NCBI GenBank assembly: GCA_041479905.1
Contig: JBGOYY010000007.1
Location: forward strand, 5,162 to 69,161
DNA: 64,000 nt
DNA from: Candidatus Aminicenantia bacterium
Lineage (GTDB): Bacteria > Acidobacteriota > Aminicenantia > Aminicenantales > Saccharicenantaceae
Reading direction: 5' to 3'
A program made the position numbers and the translations under genes. Shown here in pieces: positions 27,164 to 36,290 of the stretch. The stretch's first letter is position 1; every line of letters starts with the position of its first letter. Under the pieces are notes generated by a model. It ran no database searches and had not been told where the DNA came from. It saw only the letters and a program-made list of their open reading frames with translations.

Positions 27164-28705
27164 ATGGATAAAGACGTGAACGCGTTGAAGGCGACACCGC
27201 TATCGATTGACTGCGGTCTGACGGTCCAGGTTCTCCTGGACGCACTACCCTTCTTCGCCATGCTGGTGGACGCGGAGCACACCATATTGCAGGCAAACGC
27301 TGTGGTCGCGAAAAATTTCGGGGTGGCCCAGGCATCCCTGGCCGGCAAGTACTGCCCCGACGCGATCCATGGGTTGGACCATCCCTTCCCGGGATGTCCC
27401 TTGGAGGAAGCTCGCGGTTCCGGTTGTTCCAATGAAAGCGTGTTGTTTGATGCGGAACACGGCACATGGTTGAAATCCTCCGTGTACTCCACCACGACGT
27501 CCACGCCCGAGGGGCATCGCATTTTCGTCCACCTGGCGGAGGATGTGACCGAAATGCATGCGGTCAAGGAGGAGTTGGTACGAAACGCCAACATCCAGAC
27601 CGCTCTTAATGACCTGCTGCGCTTGTCCGGTACCAACGCACCCATAGATGACCTCCTGCAGCAGGTGTTGGAGCGCATCATCACGCTGCCGTGGCTGGCG
27701 GTGGAGCGAAAGGGAGCCATCTTCCTGGCCGATGAGAAATCCGGGACGCTGTCCATGCGCGCCCAAACATCCCTCCATCAGGCTCTGCTGACCGCGTGTC
27801 GCGAAGTACCCTTCGGATGGTGCATGTGCGGGCGGGCGGCGGCCACACGCACGATACAGTTTGCGGACTCCTTGGATGAACGCCATGACGTCCGATACGA
27901 TGGGATCAAACCACACGGTCATTATTGCGTACCGTTGTTAAAGGGCGACCACGTGTTGGGCGTCCTGAACGTCTACTTAGTGCCGGGGCACGTGTGTGAC
28001 GCGCATGAGGAGACGTTCCTCCGCGCAGCGGCAGAAGTCCTGGTGGGATTGATCGAGAAGCAGCGGGCGCTTGATACCTTGGTCGAGACCCTGGCACGGG
28101 TGCGAAAGATCCTGGGCGGCATCATTGACCTGATGGCGTCCGTTGTGGAATCCAGAGATCCCTACACCGCGGGCCACCAGCGCCGCGTATCGGACTTGGC
28201 GCGGTCCATCGCAACCGAGATGGGGTTGGCGAGTGACGTCGTGGAGGGGATCCGCACGGCCGGGCTGATCCATGATCTGGGCAAGATCGCGATCCCGGCG
28301 GAAATCCTCAGCAAACCAGGGCGCCTGACCGCATTGGAATACCAGATGATCCAGACCCATGTGAGCGTGGCGTATGAACTCCTGAAGCCCATCCAGTTTC
28401 CGTGGCCCATCGCCAATGCCGTGGCCCAGCACCATGAACGCCTGGACGGCTCCGGGTACCCGGCTCGCTTGGCGGGCGACGCAATCGGGGTGCATGGACG
28501 GGTCCTGGCCGTGGCGGACGTGGTGGAGTCCATGGCGTCCCATCGCCCGTACCGCCCGGCGCTGGGCATGGATCGCGCGTTGGAAGAAATCCAGCGCGGA
28601 CGCGGAACTCAATACGACCCGAACGCGGTGGACGCGTGCTTGCGGTTGTTCCGGGAGAAAGCTTACAGTCTGAGAGGGTCCATTAACGAGCCGAGCGTCG
28701 TGTAA
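27164..28705 (+). CDS. PAS-GAF-HD-GYP domain protein (putative c-di-GMP phosphodiesterase)
   Basis: HD-GYP signature (HDLGKIAIP ... HHERLDGSGYP). GAF-like block (GAIFLADEKSGTLSMRAQ ... HYCVPLLKGDHVLGVLNVY). PAS-like N-terminus. Confidence 0.85.
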   Translation: MDKDVNALKATPLSIDCGLTVQVLLDALPFFAMLVDAEHTILQANAVVAKNFGVAQASLAGKYCPDAIHGLDHPFPGCPLEEARGSGCSNESVLFDAEHGTWLKSSVYSTTTSTPEGHRIFVHLAEDVTEMHAVKEELVRNANIQTALNDLLRLSGTNAPIDDLLQQVLERIITLPWLAVERKGAIFLADEKSGTLSMRAQTSLHQALLTACREVPFGWCMCGRAAATRTIQFADSLDERHDVRYDGIKPHGHYCVPLLKGDHVLGVLNVYLVPGHVCDAHEETFLRAAAEVLVGLIEKQRALDTLVETLARVRKILGGIIDLMASVVESRDPYTAGHQRRVSDLARSIATEMGLASDVVEGIRTAGLIHDLGKIAIPAEILSKPGRLTALEYQMIQTHVSVAYELLKPIQFPWPIANAVAQHHERLDGSGYPARLAGDAIGVHGRVLAVADVVESMASHRPYRPALGMDRALEEIQRGRGTQYDPNAVDACLRLFREKAYSLRGSINEPSVV

Positions 28706-28788
28706 GATCTTGGTTAAGATGACCTTCGGGGCGTCTGGGACGTCCACTCCGGTTGATATTTTCTCACCCTGATTCACCCTTAGAGGTG

Positions 28789-28836
28789 ATTGACATAGCC
28801 GCGCGGCTGAACATACACTTCCAGCATGGAAAGGCA
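28789..28836 (+). promoter_or_regulatory. 48-nt promoter/operator-like element, copy C
   Basis: ATTGACATAGCCGCGCGGCTGAACATACACTTCCAGCATGGAAAGGCA. TTGACA at 28790-28795, palindrome GCCGCGCGGC, TACACT at 28814-28819, conserved ATG at 28826. Confidence 0.55.
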
Positions 28837-28884
28837 GGGAGATCCATCGTCCGGAAGGGCTTGACCGGAAAGAGGAGTCGAGCA

Positions 28885-30135
28885 ATGACATCATCTTGTT
28901 TCAAGAGAACCCTCCGGCGGACGGTGGCGGGATTGGCGATCCTGGCGGCGTTCCCCGCCCCGTTTTTCGCCCAGCAACCGCAGGCCATGTGCCGCGCCAG
29001 CCTCGAAACATACGTCTTAGACACGAGCCTGAATGCCCATTGGGAGGGCAACACCGTGGTCATGAAGAGCGGCGGCGTCGAGTACGTCTGCCGATGCGTG
29101 TCGGAGACCCAGCCGCCCGAGTGCAAGCCCAGAAATTCTTCCGGCACGAGCGGGTTGAGCGGCGTCGATATCAGCCGATTCAAGCCGGGACAACAGCTGG
29201 CCCTGATGGCGACACAGTCCCTGCTCCAGGGACTCTTCAATAACATTTTTGGCGCGGGCAAGCCTGCCGGCGCGGCCGGAGACGCTCTCGCGCAGCAGCA
29301 GGCCATGCTCAGAGAGCAGGAAGAAGCGAGAGAGCAGGCCCTCAATGACTGGAACATTTTTCAGATACAGGAAAAGAAGAGGCTGCAGGCGGAGCAGGAC
29401 GAAGCCAAGACGATCGGGCAGGCGCTTTTCGACAAGATGGGCGGGACGGGCGGACAAGGATTGGGTTACCAGTCCATAGCCGGGGGAAAGCTCGAATTCA
29501 ACGAATGGGTGGCGCGGAAGCCGGAGGCCAGCCCCCTGCCGTCGGGCAAGTACCCCGCGCCGAAGACGGCCTTCGAGCAGGCGCGATGCGCCGCGTACTT
29601 CTCCGACAAGGCCCTCGAGCTTTCCAAGCTGGGGAAGAACGAGGAAGCCCAATTCATGAATCTCCAGTCCCAGAAGGCCATGACCGGAGAGACTCTCGAT
29701 GTTCCCTGCCAGGCCGCGGCAACCGTGGCGGGAGCGGATCCGGGCACTGACCCGCAAAAGGCCGGTTCCCAGGCCATGGCCATGGGGATCAACGAAATTC
29801 TCAACCAATATAACGCCAAGATCAAGGAGCTCCTCGAGATCTCCCAGAAGCTGGGTGAGGTCAGGAAACAAAAACTCGCGGCGGAATTCGACGTCCGGGA
29901 GATGGATGCCAGGATCATGGATATCAAGAGCCGGGCCGCGGCGGCTATCCAGCCGGAAGAAAAGCAGAAATGCGACGACCTGCTCAACGAGGCCCTGGCC
30001 TTGCGGGGTCAATCGGAGAACCTCCTGAAGGTCGCCGGGGAGAATGAAGACGCCTGCCTGACGAGCGCTCGGCTGGCGGAAAGCCAGGTGCAGGAGCTGA
30101 GTTCCAAGCTTCAGGAAGGCAAGGACAAGAAGTGA
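28885..30135 (+). CDS. secreted protein: Cys-containing N-domain plus long Gln/Glu-rich coiled coil
   Basis: AGAGGAG RBS before the ATG at 28885. Signal peptide (TVAGLAILAAFPAPFFAQ). Heptad-like Q/E/K/A-rich sequence. The track start at 28753 runs through the promoter element. Confidence 0.6.
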   Translation: MTSSCFKRTLRRTVAGLAILAAFPAPFFAQQPQAMCRASLETYVLDTSLNAHWEGNTVVMKSGGVEYVCRCVSETQPPECKPRNSSGTSGLSGVDISRFKPGQQLALMATQSLLQGLFNNIFGAGKPAGAAGDALAQQQAMLREQEEAREQALNDWNIFQIQEKKRLQAEQDEAKTIGQALFDKMGGTGGQGLGYQSIAGGKLEFNEWVARKPEASPLPSGKYPAPKTAFEQARCAAYFSDKALELSKLGKNEEAQFMNLQSQKAMTGETLDVPCQAAATVAGADPGTDPQKAGSQAMAMGINEILNQYNAKIKELLEISQKLGEVRKQKLAAEFDVREMDARIMDIKSRAAAAIQPEEKQKCDDLLNEALALRGQSENLLKVAGENEDACLTSARLAESQVQELSSKLQEGKDKK

Positions 30136-30155
30136 GCTACAGGGAGAAGAAAAGC

Positions 30156-32042
30156 ATGGCCAGATCGAGGTTGTTAGTGGCGGTCGTTCTGTTGGGCGTT
30201 ATTTGGGCGAGCACGGACCTGGCGGCGCAGTGGAAACAACAGGCAAAAGGACTTGCCGTGATCAAAAGCGGCGATTATGAACAAGCTATCGCCATCTTTA
30301 AGGAATTGGCCCTCAACGGGAAGGCCAAGGAACAATTCTATAATTATTATCAATTGGGGAATTCCTATTACCTGAATGGACAGTATCCTGAAGCCATTGC
30401 CGCTATCAATGAGTCCTTGAAGCACACGGCGACGGCGCCTAGCGGAATCGTTAATTCGATGTTGCACAGGTGCTACGACTGGCTCGGGGCTGCTTACTAC
30501 CAAAACGGGTCCTACCCGGAAGCCGTAACCTCATACAAAAAAGCGATAGAACTCGACCCGAAGAATGGGCAATATTACTCATGGCTGGGCCGGTCTCTTA
30601 TTCATGTCAAACAATATGGCGATGCGCTGGCCGCCGCCAAGAGAGGGAACGAGCTCCAGCCGGGCTTTTACGCCGACATGGTGCTGGGCGAGCTCCACGC
30701 GGCGCGGAAGCAGTTCGACGAGGCCATCGCTGCCTACCGCAGGGCCATCGAGAACAACCCCAAGAGGCTGGACCTTCACTTGCAATTGGGTCAGGCGTTC
30801 TTGGCCAAAAATGATTACGATGGTGCCATCGGAGCGTACACAAAGGCGGCGGAATTGGCTCCGAACGACCCCGGCCTTCCCTATGGGCTCGGGGTTATCT
30901 ATTCCCGAGCGGGGAAATTCGACGAAGCGGTCGCGGCCCTCGACAAGGCCGTCGGCATGGTGACCTTCGTCGGCATCGGCATTGAAACTGGGATCGAAAA
31001 CGGTCAACTCGTCTTGAAGAGACTCATCGAGGGGCCCGCCAAAGAGGCCGGCCTCGAGGCCGGCGATAGGCTGGTCAAGATCGACGGCCAGTCGACGAAA
31101 GGCTGGGATCTCAAAAAGACCTCCCAGAGCTTGCGCGGCGAAGAAAACACGCAGGTCGTCTTGAGGATCCAAAGACAGGGAGAGGCCAAGCCGTTTGAAA
31201 AAACGATCACCAGAAAATTGATCATTCCGAAGGCCGCCGCCCTGTATTACGGATTTAGGAGCCTTTGTGCCAGGGAAAAAGGGAACCGCGAAGGCGCCGT
31301 CAAAGACGCCGGGCTGGCCTATTCGCTCGATCCCGATAATGTTGATGCCCGCGAAGCCCTGGCCGCCGTCAGCCTCGACGGAGGGAAATACGAAGAGGCG
31401 ATCAAGCTTCTCTCGCCCCTGAAAGATAATCCCTTCGCCCGCATCCTCGAAGCGACGGCCTTCGCCAAGCAGGGCGATGTCAAGCGGGCCGTCGAGATCT
31501 ACGCGGACATCCCCGAAGAGGAACTGCTGGCGGATCGCGTTATGAGGCAGAACGCCAGGAAGGCCCTCCTCCAGACGCTGGGAGGCTATGTTCAGGAGAG
31601 ACTGGACCAGGCCCGGGCCTCGGAGTCGGCCGGACGATTCCTGGAAGCGCTGGCCGAGTATGCCGAGGCGCTAAAGATCGCCGACGATACGACCGCCGGG
31701 CTCATCCGGCAGAGGGTCGCCATCACACTTAAGAGCAATCCCTACCTGACCGAACTGCCCGAGGAAGCCCGGAAGTACGCCCTGCGCGGCGACGTCCTCA
31801 TCAAGGAGGGCGGGTTCGCGGGCGCGCTCGCAGAATACCGGACGGCCCTCAAGATCGCGCCGTTCAACGCCCAGCTCCATTTCAACGAAGCCCTGATCCA
31901 CGGACAGCTCAAGGATTACCGGGAGGCCATCAAGTCCATGAACGTCTATCTCCAGCTGAATCCCGACGCTCCGAACGCCCGGGCGGCGAAAGACGAGATC
32001 TACAAATGGGAGTTTTCCTTGGAGAAAGAAGGGAAGAAGTAA
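30156..32042 (+). CDS. secreted TPR - PDZ - TPR protein
   Basis: Signal peptide (MARSRLLVAVVLLGVIWAS). Multiple TPR repeats (GNSYYLNGQYPEAIAAINESL and others). Central PDZ-like segment (GIGIETGIENGQLVLKRLIEGPAKEAGLEAGDRLVKIDGQS). An alternative GTG at 30132 overlaps the upstream stop (GTGA). Confidence 0.7.
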   Translation: MARSRLLVAVVLLGVIWASTDLAAQWKQQAKGLAVIKSGDYEQAIAIFKELALNGKAKEQFYNYYQLGNSYYLNGQYPEAIAAINESLKHTATAPSGIVNSMLHRCYDWLGAAYYQNGSYPEAVTSYKKAIELDPKNGQYYSWLGRSLIHVKQYGDALAAAKRGNELQPGFYADMVLGELHAARKQFDEAIAAYRRAIENNPKRLDLHLQLGQAFLAKNDYDGAIGAYTKAAELAPNDPGLPYGLGVIYSRAGKFDEAVAALDKAVGMVTFVGIGIETGIENGQLVLKRLIEGPAKEAGLEAGDRLVKIDGQSTKGWDLKKTSQSLRGEENTQVVLRIQRQGEAKPFEKTITRKLIIPKAAALYYGFRSLCAREKGNREGAVKDAGLAYSLDPDNVDAREALAAVSLDGGKYEEAIKLLSPLKDNPFARILEATAFAKQGDVKRAVEIYADIPEEELLADRVMRQNARKALLQTLGGYVQERLDQARASESAGRFLEALAEYAEALKIADDTTAGLIRQRVAITLKSNPYLTELPEEARKYALRGDVLIKEGGFAGALAEYRTALKIAPFNAQLHFNEALIHGQLKDYREAIKSMNVYLQLNPDAPNARAAKDEIYKWEFSLEKEGKK

Positions 32043-33098
32043 ATGAGCCTTCTTAAGCGTTCTTGTCTCGTCGGACTGGCGCTGGCGATCCTTTTTCCCG
32101 GCGGCTGGACCTCCGCCGCCCAGGAAGCGAGCCAAAACGACGGTTTCCTGCTCGGCGCTCTCTTCAAGACGCGGGACCTGATCGACAGGACGGCGGCGGA
32201 TCTCCAAAAGATCGACCGGGAGATCCAGGAGAACGACCGGGTCATCAAGAAGGCCGAGGAGATCATCGTCCTCGCCGGGCAAAGGAACAACAAACAGGCG
32301 GAGTCGGTCGCCCGGGACGCGCTGCTCAAAGCCCGGGAGGCCAGGAAGAAGAACGAGGATACCAAGGCCCGCTTGGAGCTGGTCAGAAAAAGGGCCGCGG
32401 CCTCCTATGGAGCCCTAAAGAACAGGCTCGCCGCGAGCCTGGGAGGCGGGGCGAACTCTCCGATCAAGGGGATGGTGTCGGCTTACTCCGGAAGAGTGCA
32501 AGTATCCAAGAAAAACGGCGAGCACTTCGAACTGCGAGACGATGACCCCGGATTGCTCGAGCCGGGCGATACGATATTGACCTATGGCTCGAGCAGCGCC
32601 GAGATCCAGACCCTCGATGGACGTGGAGCAGTCCAATTGGGCGAATATTCCGAGCTCCGACTCCAAGAGGACACTCCGGAGAAACAGGTCCTGGAGCTCG
32701 CGCGGGGGAAAATATATTCCGCTGTCGATAAGGCCGACGATTTCGCGAATATGCTCCAGGAAAAGGCGAAGCAGTTCGGCAGCGATTTTCTGACCGTCGC
32801 CAACGTCAGCGAGAAGGAATACGAGGCCGTCATCAAGGCTTTGAGAGCGCGAGCCCAGAAAAAATTCGAAGTCCGCACACCCTCTGCCGTCACGTCCGTG
32901 AGGGGAACGAGATTCAGCGTCGAGCTCAAGAACGGCGAAACAACGGAAATTGCCGTCTTTGAAGGGTCGGTCGAGGCCGGCGACTTGAAGGGCGAAAAGC
33001 GGGTCCTCGTTGAAGAAGGCTTCAAGGTTATCGTGACGAAGGACGGGATTTCAGGGCCGCAAAAAATCACCGACGTCGAAAAGTGGTGGGATAAATAG
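32043..33098 (+). CDS. FecR-domain protein with signal peptide and coiled-coil N-region
   Basis: The ATG immediately follows the upstream TAA. FecR-like block (GRVQVSKKNGEHFELRDDDPGLLEPGDTILTYGSSSAEIQTLDG ... TPSAVTSVRGTRFSVE). Confidence 0.65.
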   Translation: MSLLKRSCLVGLALAILFPGGWTSAAQEASQNDGFLLGALFKTRDLIDRTAADLQKIDREIQENDRVIKKAEEIIVLAGQRNNKQAESVARDALLKAREARKKNEDTKARLELVRKRAAASYGALKNRLAASLGGGANSPIKGMVSAYSGRVQVSKKNGEHFELRDDDPGLLEPGDTILTYGSSSAEIQTLDGRGAVQLGEYSELRLQEDTPEKQVLELARGKIYSAVDKADDFANMLQEKAKQFGSDFLTVANVSEKEYEAVIKALRARAQKKFEVRTPSAVTSVRGTRFSVELKNGETTEIAVFEGSVEAGDLKGEKRVLVEEGFKVIVTKDGISGPQKITDVEKWWDK

Positions 33099-33114
33099 GC
33101 CGGCGAAAAAGCCC

Positions 33115-36100
33115 TCAGTTCCCGCCCAAGCCGGCCAGGCGCTTCTTCGCGTCCGCAAGCTCCGGCAAGCCCACATCGGCGTCTTTCCACAGGTCGAGGA
33201 AGGTCCTGTACTGCTCGGCCGCCTCGCTCTTGAAGCCCTTCTCCTCATACAGCCGCCCCAACCGGTAGTGATAGACGGGGATGCGGATGCGGCGATCCTG
33301 GCTCGCCGGATCGAACGTGAGAAGCTGCCGATACATCTCGATGGCCTTGTCCGGGTTTCCGGCCTTCACATAAGCGCGGGCCAGCACATCCTGCTCGAAA
33401 GGCATGTTGTGCAGCATGAGTTGGGGAGGATCCGTGCTGGGGACCGTCAGGGCCGACCCTTTTTCGAAAGAAGCAAGGACTTCCCCGGTCTTCCCTTCGG
33501 CAAGCGCGATCTCGGCCTGAACGATCCTGTCGAGTTTCCGACCTTGGGCCGTCCAGCTCGGACGCTCGCTGGGCTCTTGGGTCAAAAGCAGGGTTGCCTT
33601 TTTAGCCCTTTCTTCCGCCGATCCGATCCGCCCTTGTTTCAGGTCCGACAGGGCCAGATAGTATTCGAGCAACGATGTGTTTATCCGGATCGCCGATGGG
33701 TCATAGCCCTTATTGAAATCGAAGTAGTCCTGCATGAGCCGGCGCCCTTTTTCGTGTTCCCCCCGGTCATAGCAGAACCAGGATTCGAGCATCTTGATCA
33801 CGGCGACGCCGTAGGGATTGACGGAGGCCCAGGCTTCGATAGCTTCGTTTGCCTCCTTCATGGCCAAGTCGCGCCGGCCAATGATATGATTGTAATACGC
33901 CCTCCACATCTTGCCCCGCGCCTGAAGTCCCCTGGACGGGTTGTTGAGGATGTATTCCTCTATTGAACGCAGGGTTTCGCGATATTCCCCCTTGATCGCA
34001 TGAACGTAGGCGGTCATTTCCGCAGAGCCAAAGCCCGGTTTTATTTTCAACGCCTGCTTGAAATTGGCCAGCGCCCCATCGAGATCTCCCATCCGGAAAT
34101 CGAGTTCGCCCAGGGAATCGTAAGGGTTTGGGTCTCCCGGGAACAGCTCGGCGTATTTCCGGAAATTCCGGACCGCCTTCTCAAACTCGCCCATGTCCAA
34201 GTAGGTGTAAGCCAGGGAATTGACGGCCGGGCCGTAGTCCGGGTCGAGGTCGAGGGCCTTGGTGAACTCTCCGACCGACTCCGGGAACTTACCTTGGGTC
34301 CAGAAATACATGCCCAAGTTATCGTGGGCGAGTTTTTCCTTGGGGTATTTTTTCGTCAGCTCTTGGAGGATCCGGAACCTTTTCTCGGGGTTTTTTTCGA
34401 CCGCGTTGGCGTAGGCGGCTTCGATGTAGAGCCGCTCTTTTTCGCTGGCCTTGCCGGAGAGGGCCTTAGCTTTCTCGTAAAACTCAGTCTGTAGTGTCTC
34501 GTTTCTCAGTTTGTTGTAGACATAGGCCAGGTAAAGATGAGCGGAGGCGAACCCGGGATCCAGGTCGACCGCTTTCTGGAGCGCCTGTCGCGCGTCCTCA
34601 TAATAGAATCTATCGTAAAGGTCGCGGCCTTTCAGAAAGTCGTTGTAGGCCTCCATCGACGCCGTCGTGAACTCCGCGACTGGCGGCGCGGCCCCGGCCT
34701 TGGCCAGGGTCCAGTCAAGCTTCTGATAGACGCGGGCGGCAAGGTCGTCGATCTGGGTAAGTAGGATGCTCTCCTCGCCCTGGCCCTGGGACGAGGCGCT
34801 GGCCAGCGAGCGCTTCGTGCCGGCGTCGAGGGCCTTGATGTTGGTGACGAAAACGTTGCCCGCCTTGGTCACTTCGCCCGTGACGAGAACGGTGATCCCT
34901 TCGCGCCGGCAGATCTCGAACCCGGTTTCCTTGTCGATGGGGGCGTCCGGGTCCTTGCCCATCTGCTTGAGGAGGTCCCGGAGGCGCTCCCAGGAGGCCA
35001 CATAAGGGATGCCCATAGCCTCGAACTTCGTGATCATCAGGTTGGGGACGGCCCGGATCAGGCCGTCTTCCCGGGGGTCCCCGGTCAGGTTCTCGAACGA
35101 GATCACGGCGATGGAGTTCTCGACTTTGGGGACCAAGGCGGCTTTCGGGGCAGTCCACGGATGCCAGAGGAAGATCGCGGCGAGGACGAGCGCTGCGAGC
35201 ACGATCGCCGGGACGATGAGCTTTTTCGGCGTGAACTCGACCGTGATCCTTTTCGAAGTCGTCGGCTTGCGCGGCGGAGCGGCGCGTTCGGTCGTCGGCA
35301 GGGCCTCGTCGATCGCGACGAGGTCGGTCAGAAACTCTTCGCTCGTCTGGTAGCGCTTGTCGCGGTCTTTTTCGAGCGAACGCAGGATGACGCGGCCGAG
35401 CTCGGCCGGGATCTGAGGCGCGAGCACGCGCGGATCGGGCGGCGGGTCCGTTTTGTGTTTGACGGCGACGGCGAGCGGCGTCTCGCCTTCGAAAGGCGGG
35501 CGGCCGGTGACCATCTCGAAGAGGATGACGCCTAGGGCGTAGAGGTCCGCCCTCTGATCCGCCGGCTTCCCTTCGACCTGCTCCGGGGCCATGTACTCGG
35601 GCGTGCCGATGATCGCCCCCTCCCCCGTTCCGCCCTTGGTCCCGGAGACGCGGGCGATGCCGAAGTCGATGATCCGGGCGCTCCCCTCCCGGTCGACGAT
35701 GATGTTCGAGGGTTTGAGGTCGCGGTGGACGACCCCGAGGCGGTGGGCCTCGGCGAGGCCCCCGAGGACCTGCGTCGCGACCGAAATCGCCTTGCGGGCG
35801 GTCAGCTGGCCGGTCTGCCGAATGAGGCCGCGCAGGTCCTGGCCGGCCACGTATTCCATGGTGATGAAGTGGACGCCCTTCTCCTCCATGAGCTCGTACA
35901 TCCGGCCGACGTGCCGGTGGCTGATCTTGCGGGCGATCTTGAGCTCGTTCTGGAAGCGCTCCAGGATGCGCTCGTCGCGGGCGATCTCGGGCCGGATGAG
36001 CTTGAGGGCGACTTCCTCGTTGAGTTTCCTGTCGATGGCCCGGTAGACCCGGCCCATCCCCCCTTTCCCGAGCTCTTCGACGATGTGGTAGCGGCCGGCG

Positions 36101-36174
36101 AAGGTGGAGCCGGCGGCGAGCTCTTCGGGCAGGGTTTCCAGGGTCTCTGTGAACAATGGGATCTTTTCGGCCAC
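33115..36174 (-). CDS. Ser/Thr protein kinase: TM, periplasmic domain, long TPR region (paralog 2, no zinc ribbon)
   Basis: GKGGMGRVYR, HRDLKPSN, DFGIA, GTPEYMAPE. TM helix LIVPAIVLAALVLAAIFLW. Start set at the GTG at 36174 (AGGAGGG RBS 6 nt upstream), because the track's GTG at 36210 lies inside the predicted -10 box. Confidence 0.85.
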   Translation of the reverse strand: MAEKIPLFTETLETLPEELAAGSTFAGRYHIVEELGKGGMGRVYRAIDRKLNEEVALKLIRPEIARDERILERFQNELKIARKISHRHVGRMYELMEEKGVHFITMEYVAGQDLRGLIRQTGQLTARKAISVATQVLGGLAEAHRLGVVHRDLKPSNIIVDREGSARIIDFGIARVSGTKGGTGEGAIIGTPEYMAPEQVEGKPADQRADLYALGVILFEMVTGRPPFEGETPLAVAVKHKTDPPPDPRVLAPQIPAELGRVILRSLEKDRDKRYQTSEEFLTDLVAIDEALPTTERAAPPRKPTTSKRITVEFTPKKLIVPAIVLAALVLAAIFLWHPWTAPKAALVPKVENSIAVISFENLTGDPREDGLIRAVPNLMITKFEAMGIPYVASWERLRDLLKQMGKDPDAPIDKETGFEICRREGITVLVTGEVTKAGNVFVTNIKALDAGTKRSLASASSQGQGEESILLTQIDDLAARVYQKLDWTLAKAGAAPPVAEFTTASMEAYNDFLKGRDLYDRFYYEDARQALQKAVDLDPGFASAHLYLAYVYNKLRNETLQTEFYEKAKALSGKASEKERLYIEAAYANAVEKNPEKRFRILQELTKKYPKEKLAHDNLGMYFWTQGKFPESVGEFTKALDLDPDYGPAVNSLAYTYLDMGEFEKAVRNFRKYAELFPGDPNPYDSLGELDFRMGDLDGALANFKQALKIKPGFGSAEMTAYVHAIKGEYRETLRSIEEYILNNPSRGLQARGKMWRAYYNHIIGRRDLAMKEANEAIEAWASVNPYGVAVIKMLESWFCYDRGEHEKGRRLMQDYFDFNKGYDPSAIRINTSLLEYYLALSDLKQGRIGSAEERAKKATLLLTQEPSERPSWTAQGRKLDRIVQAEIALAEGKTGEVLASFEKGSALTVPSTDPPQLMLHNMPFEQDVLARAYVKAGNPDKAIEMYRQLLTFDPASQDRRIRIPVYHYRLGRLYEEKGFKSEAAEQYRTFLDLWKDADVGLPELADAKKRLAGLGGN

Positions 36175-36200
36175 TCGTCGCCCTCCTGGCTGTTGAGCGA

Positions 36201-36230
36201 AGGATATCACCGGTCCGGGGTGCCGGTCAA
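36201..36230 (-). promoter_or_regulatory. promoter of kinase 2 (TTGACC-18-TATCCT, with TGA extended -10)
   Basis: The minus strand reads TTGACC (36230-36225), an 18-nt spacer ending in TGA, then TATCCT (36206-36201). Confidence 0.5.
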
Positions 36231-36290
36231 TTTGTAAGATGCGGGGTGCGGAGCTATACTAGAAATACCCATGGAAAAGGAGACACGCCG

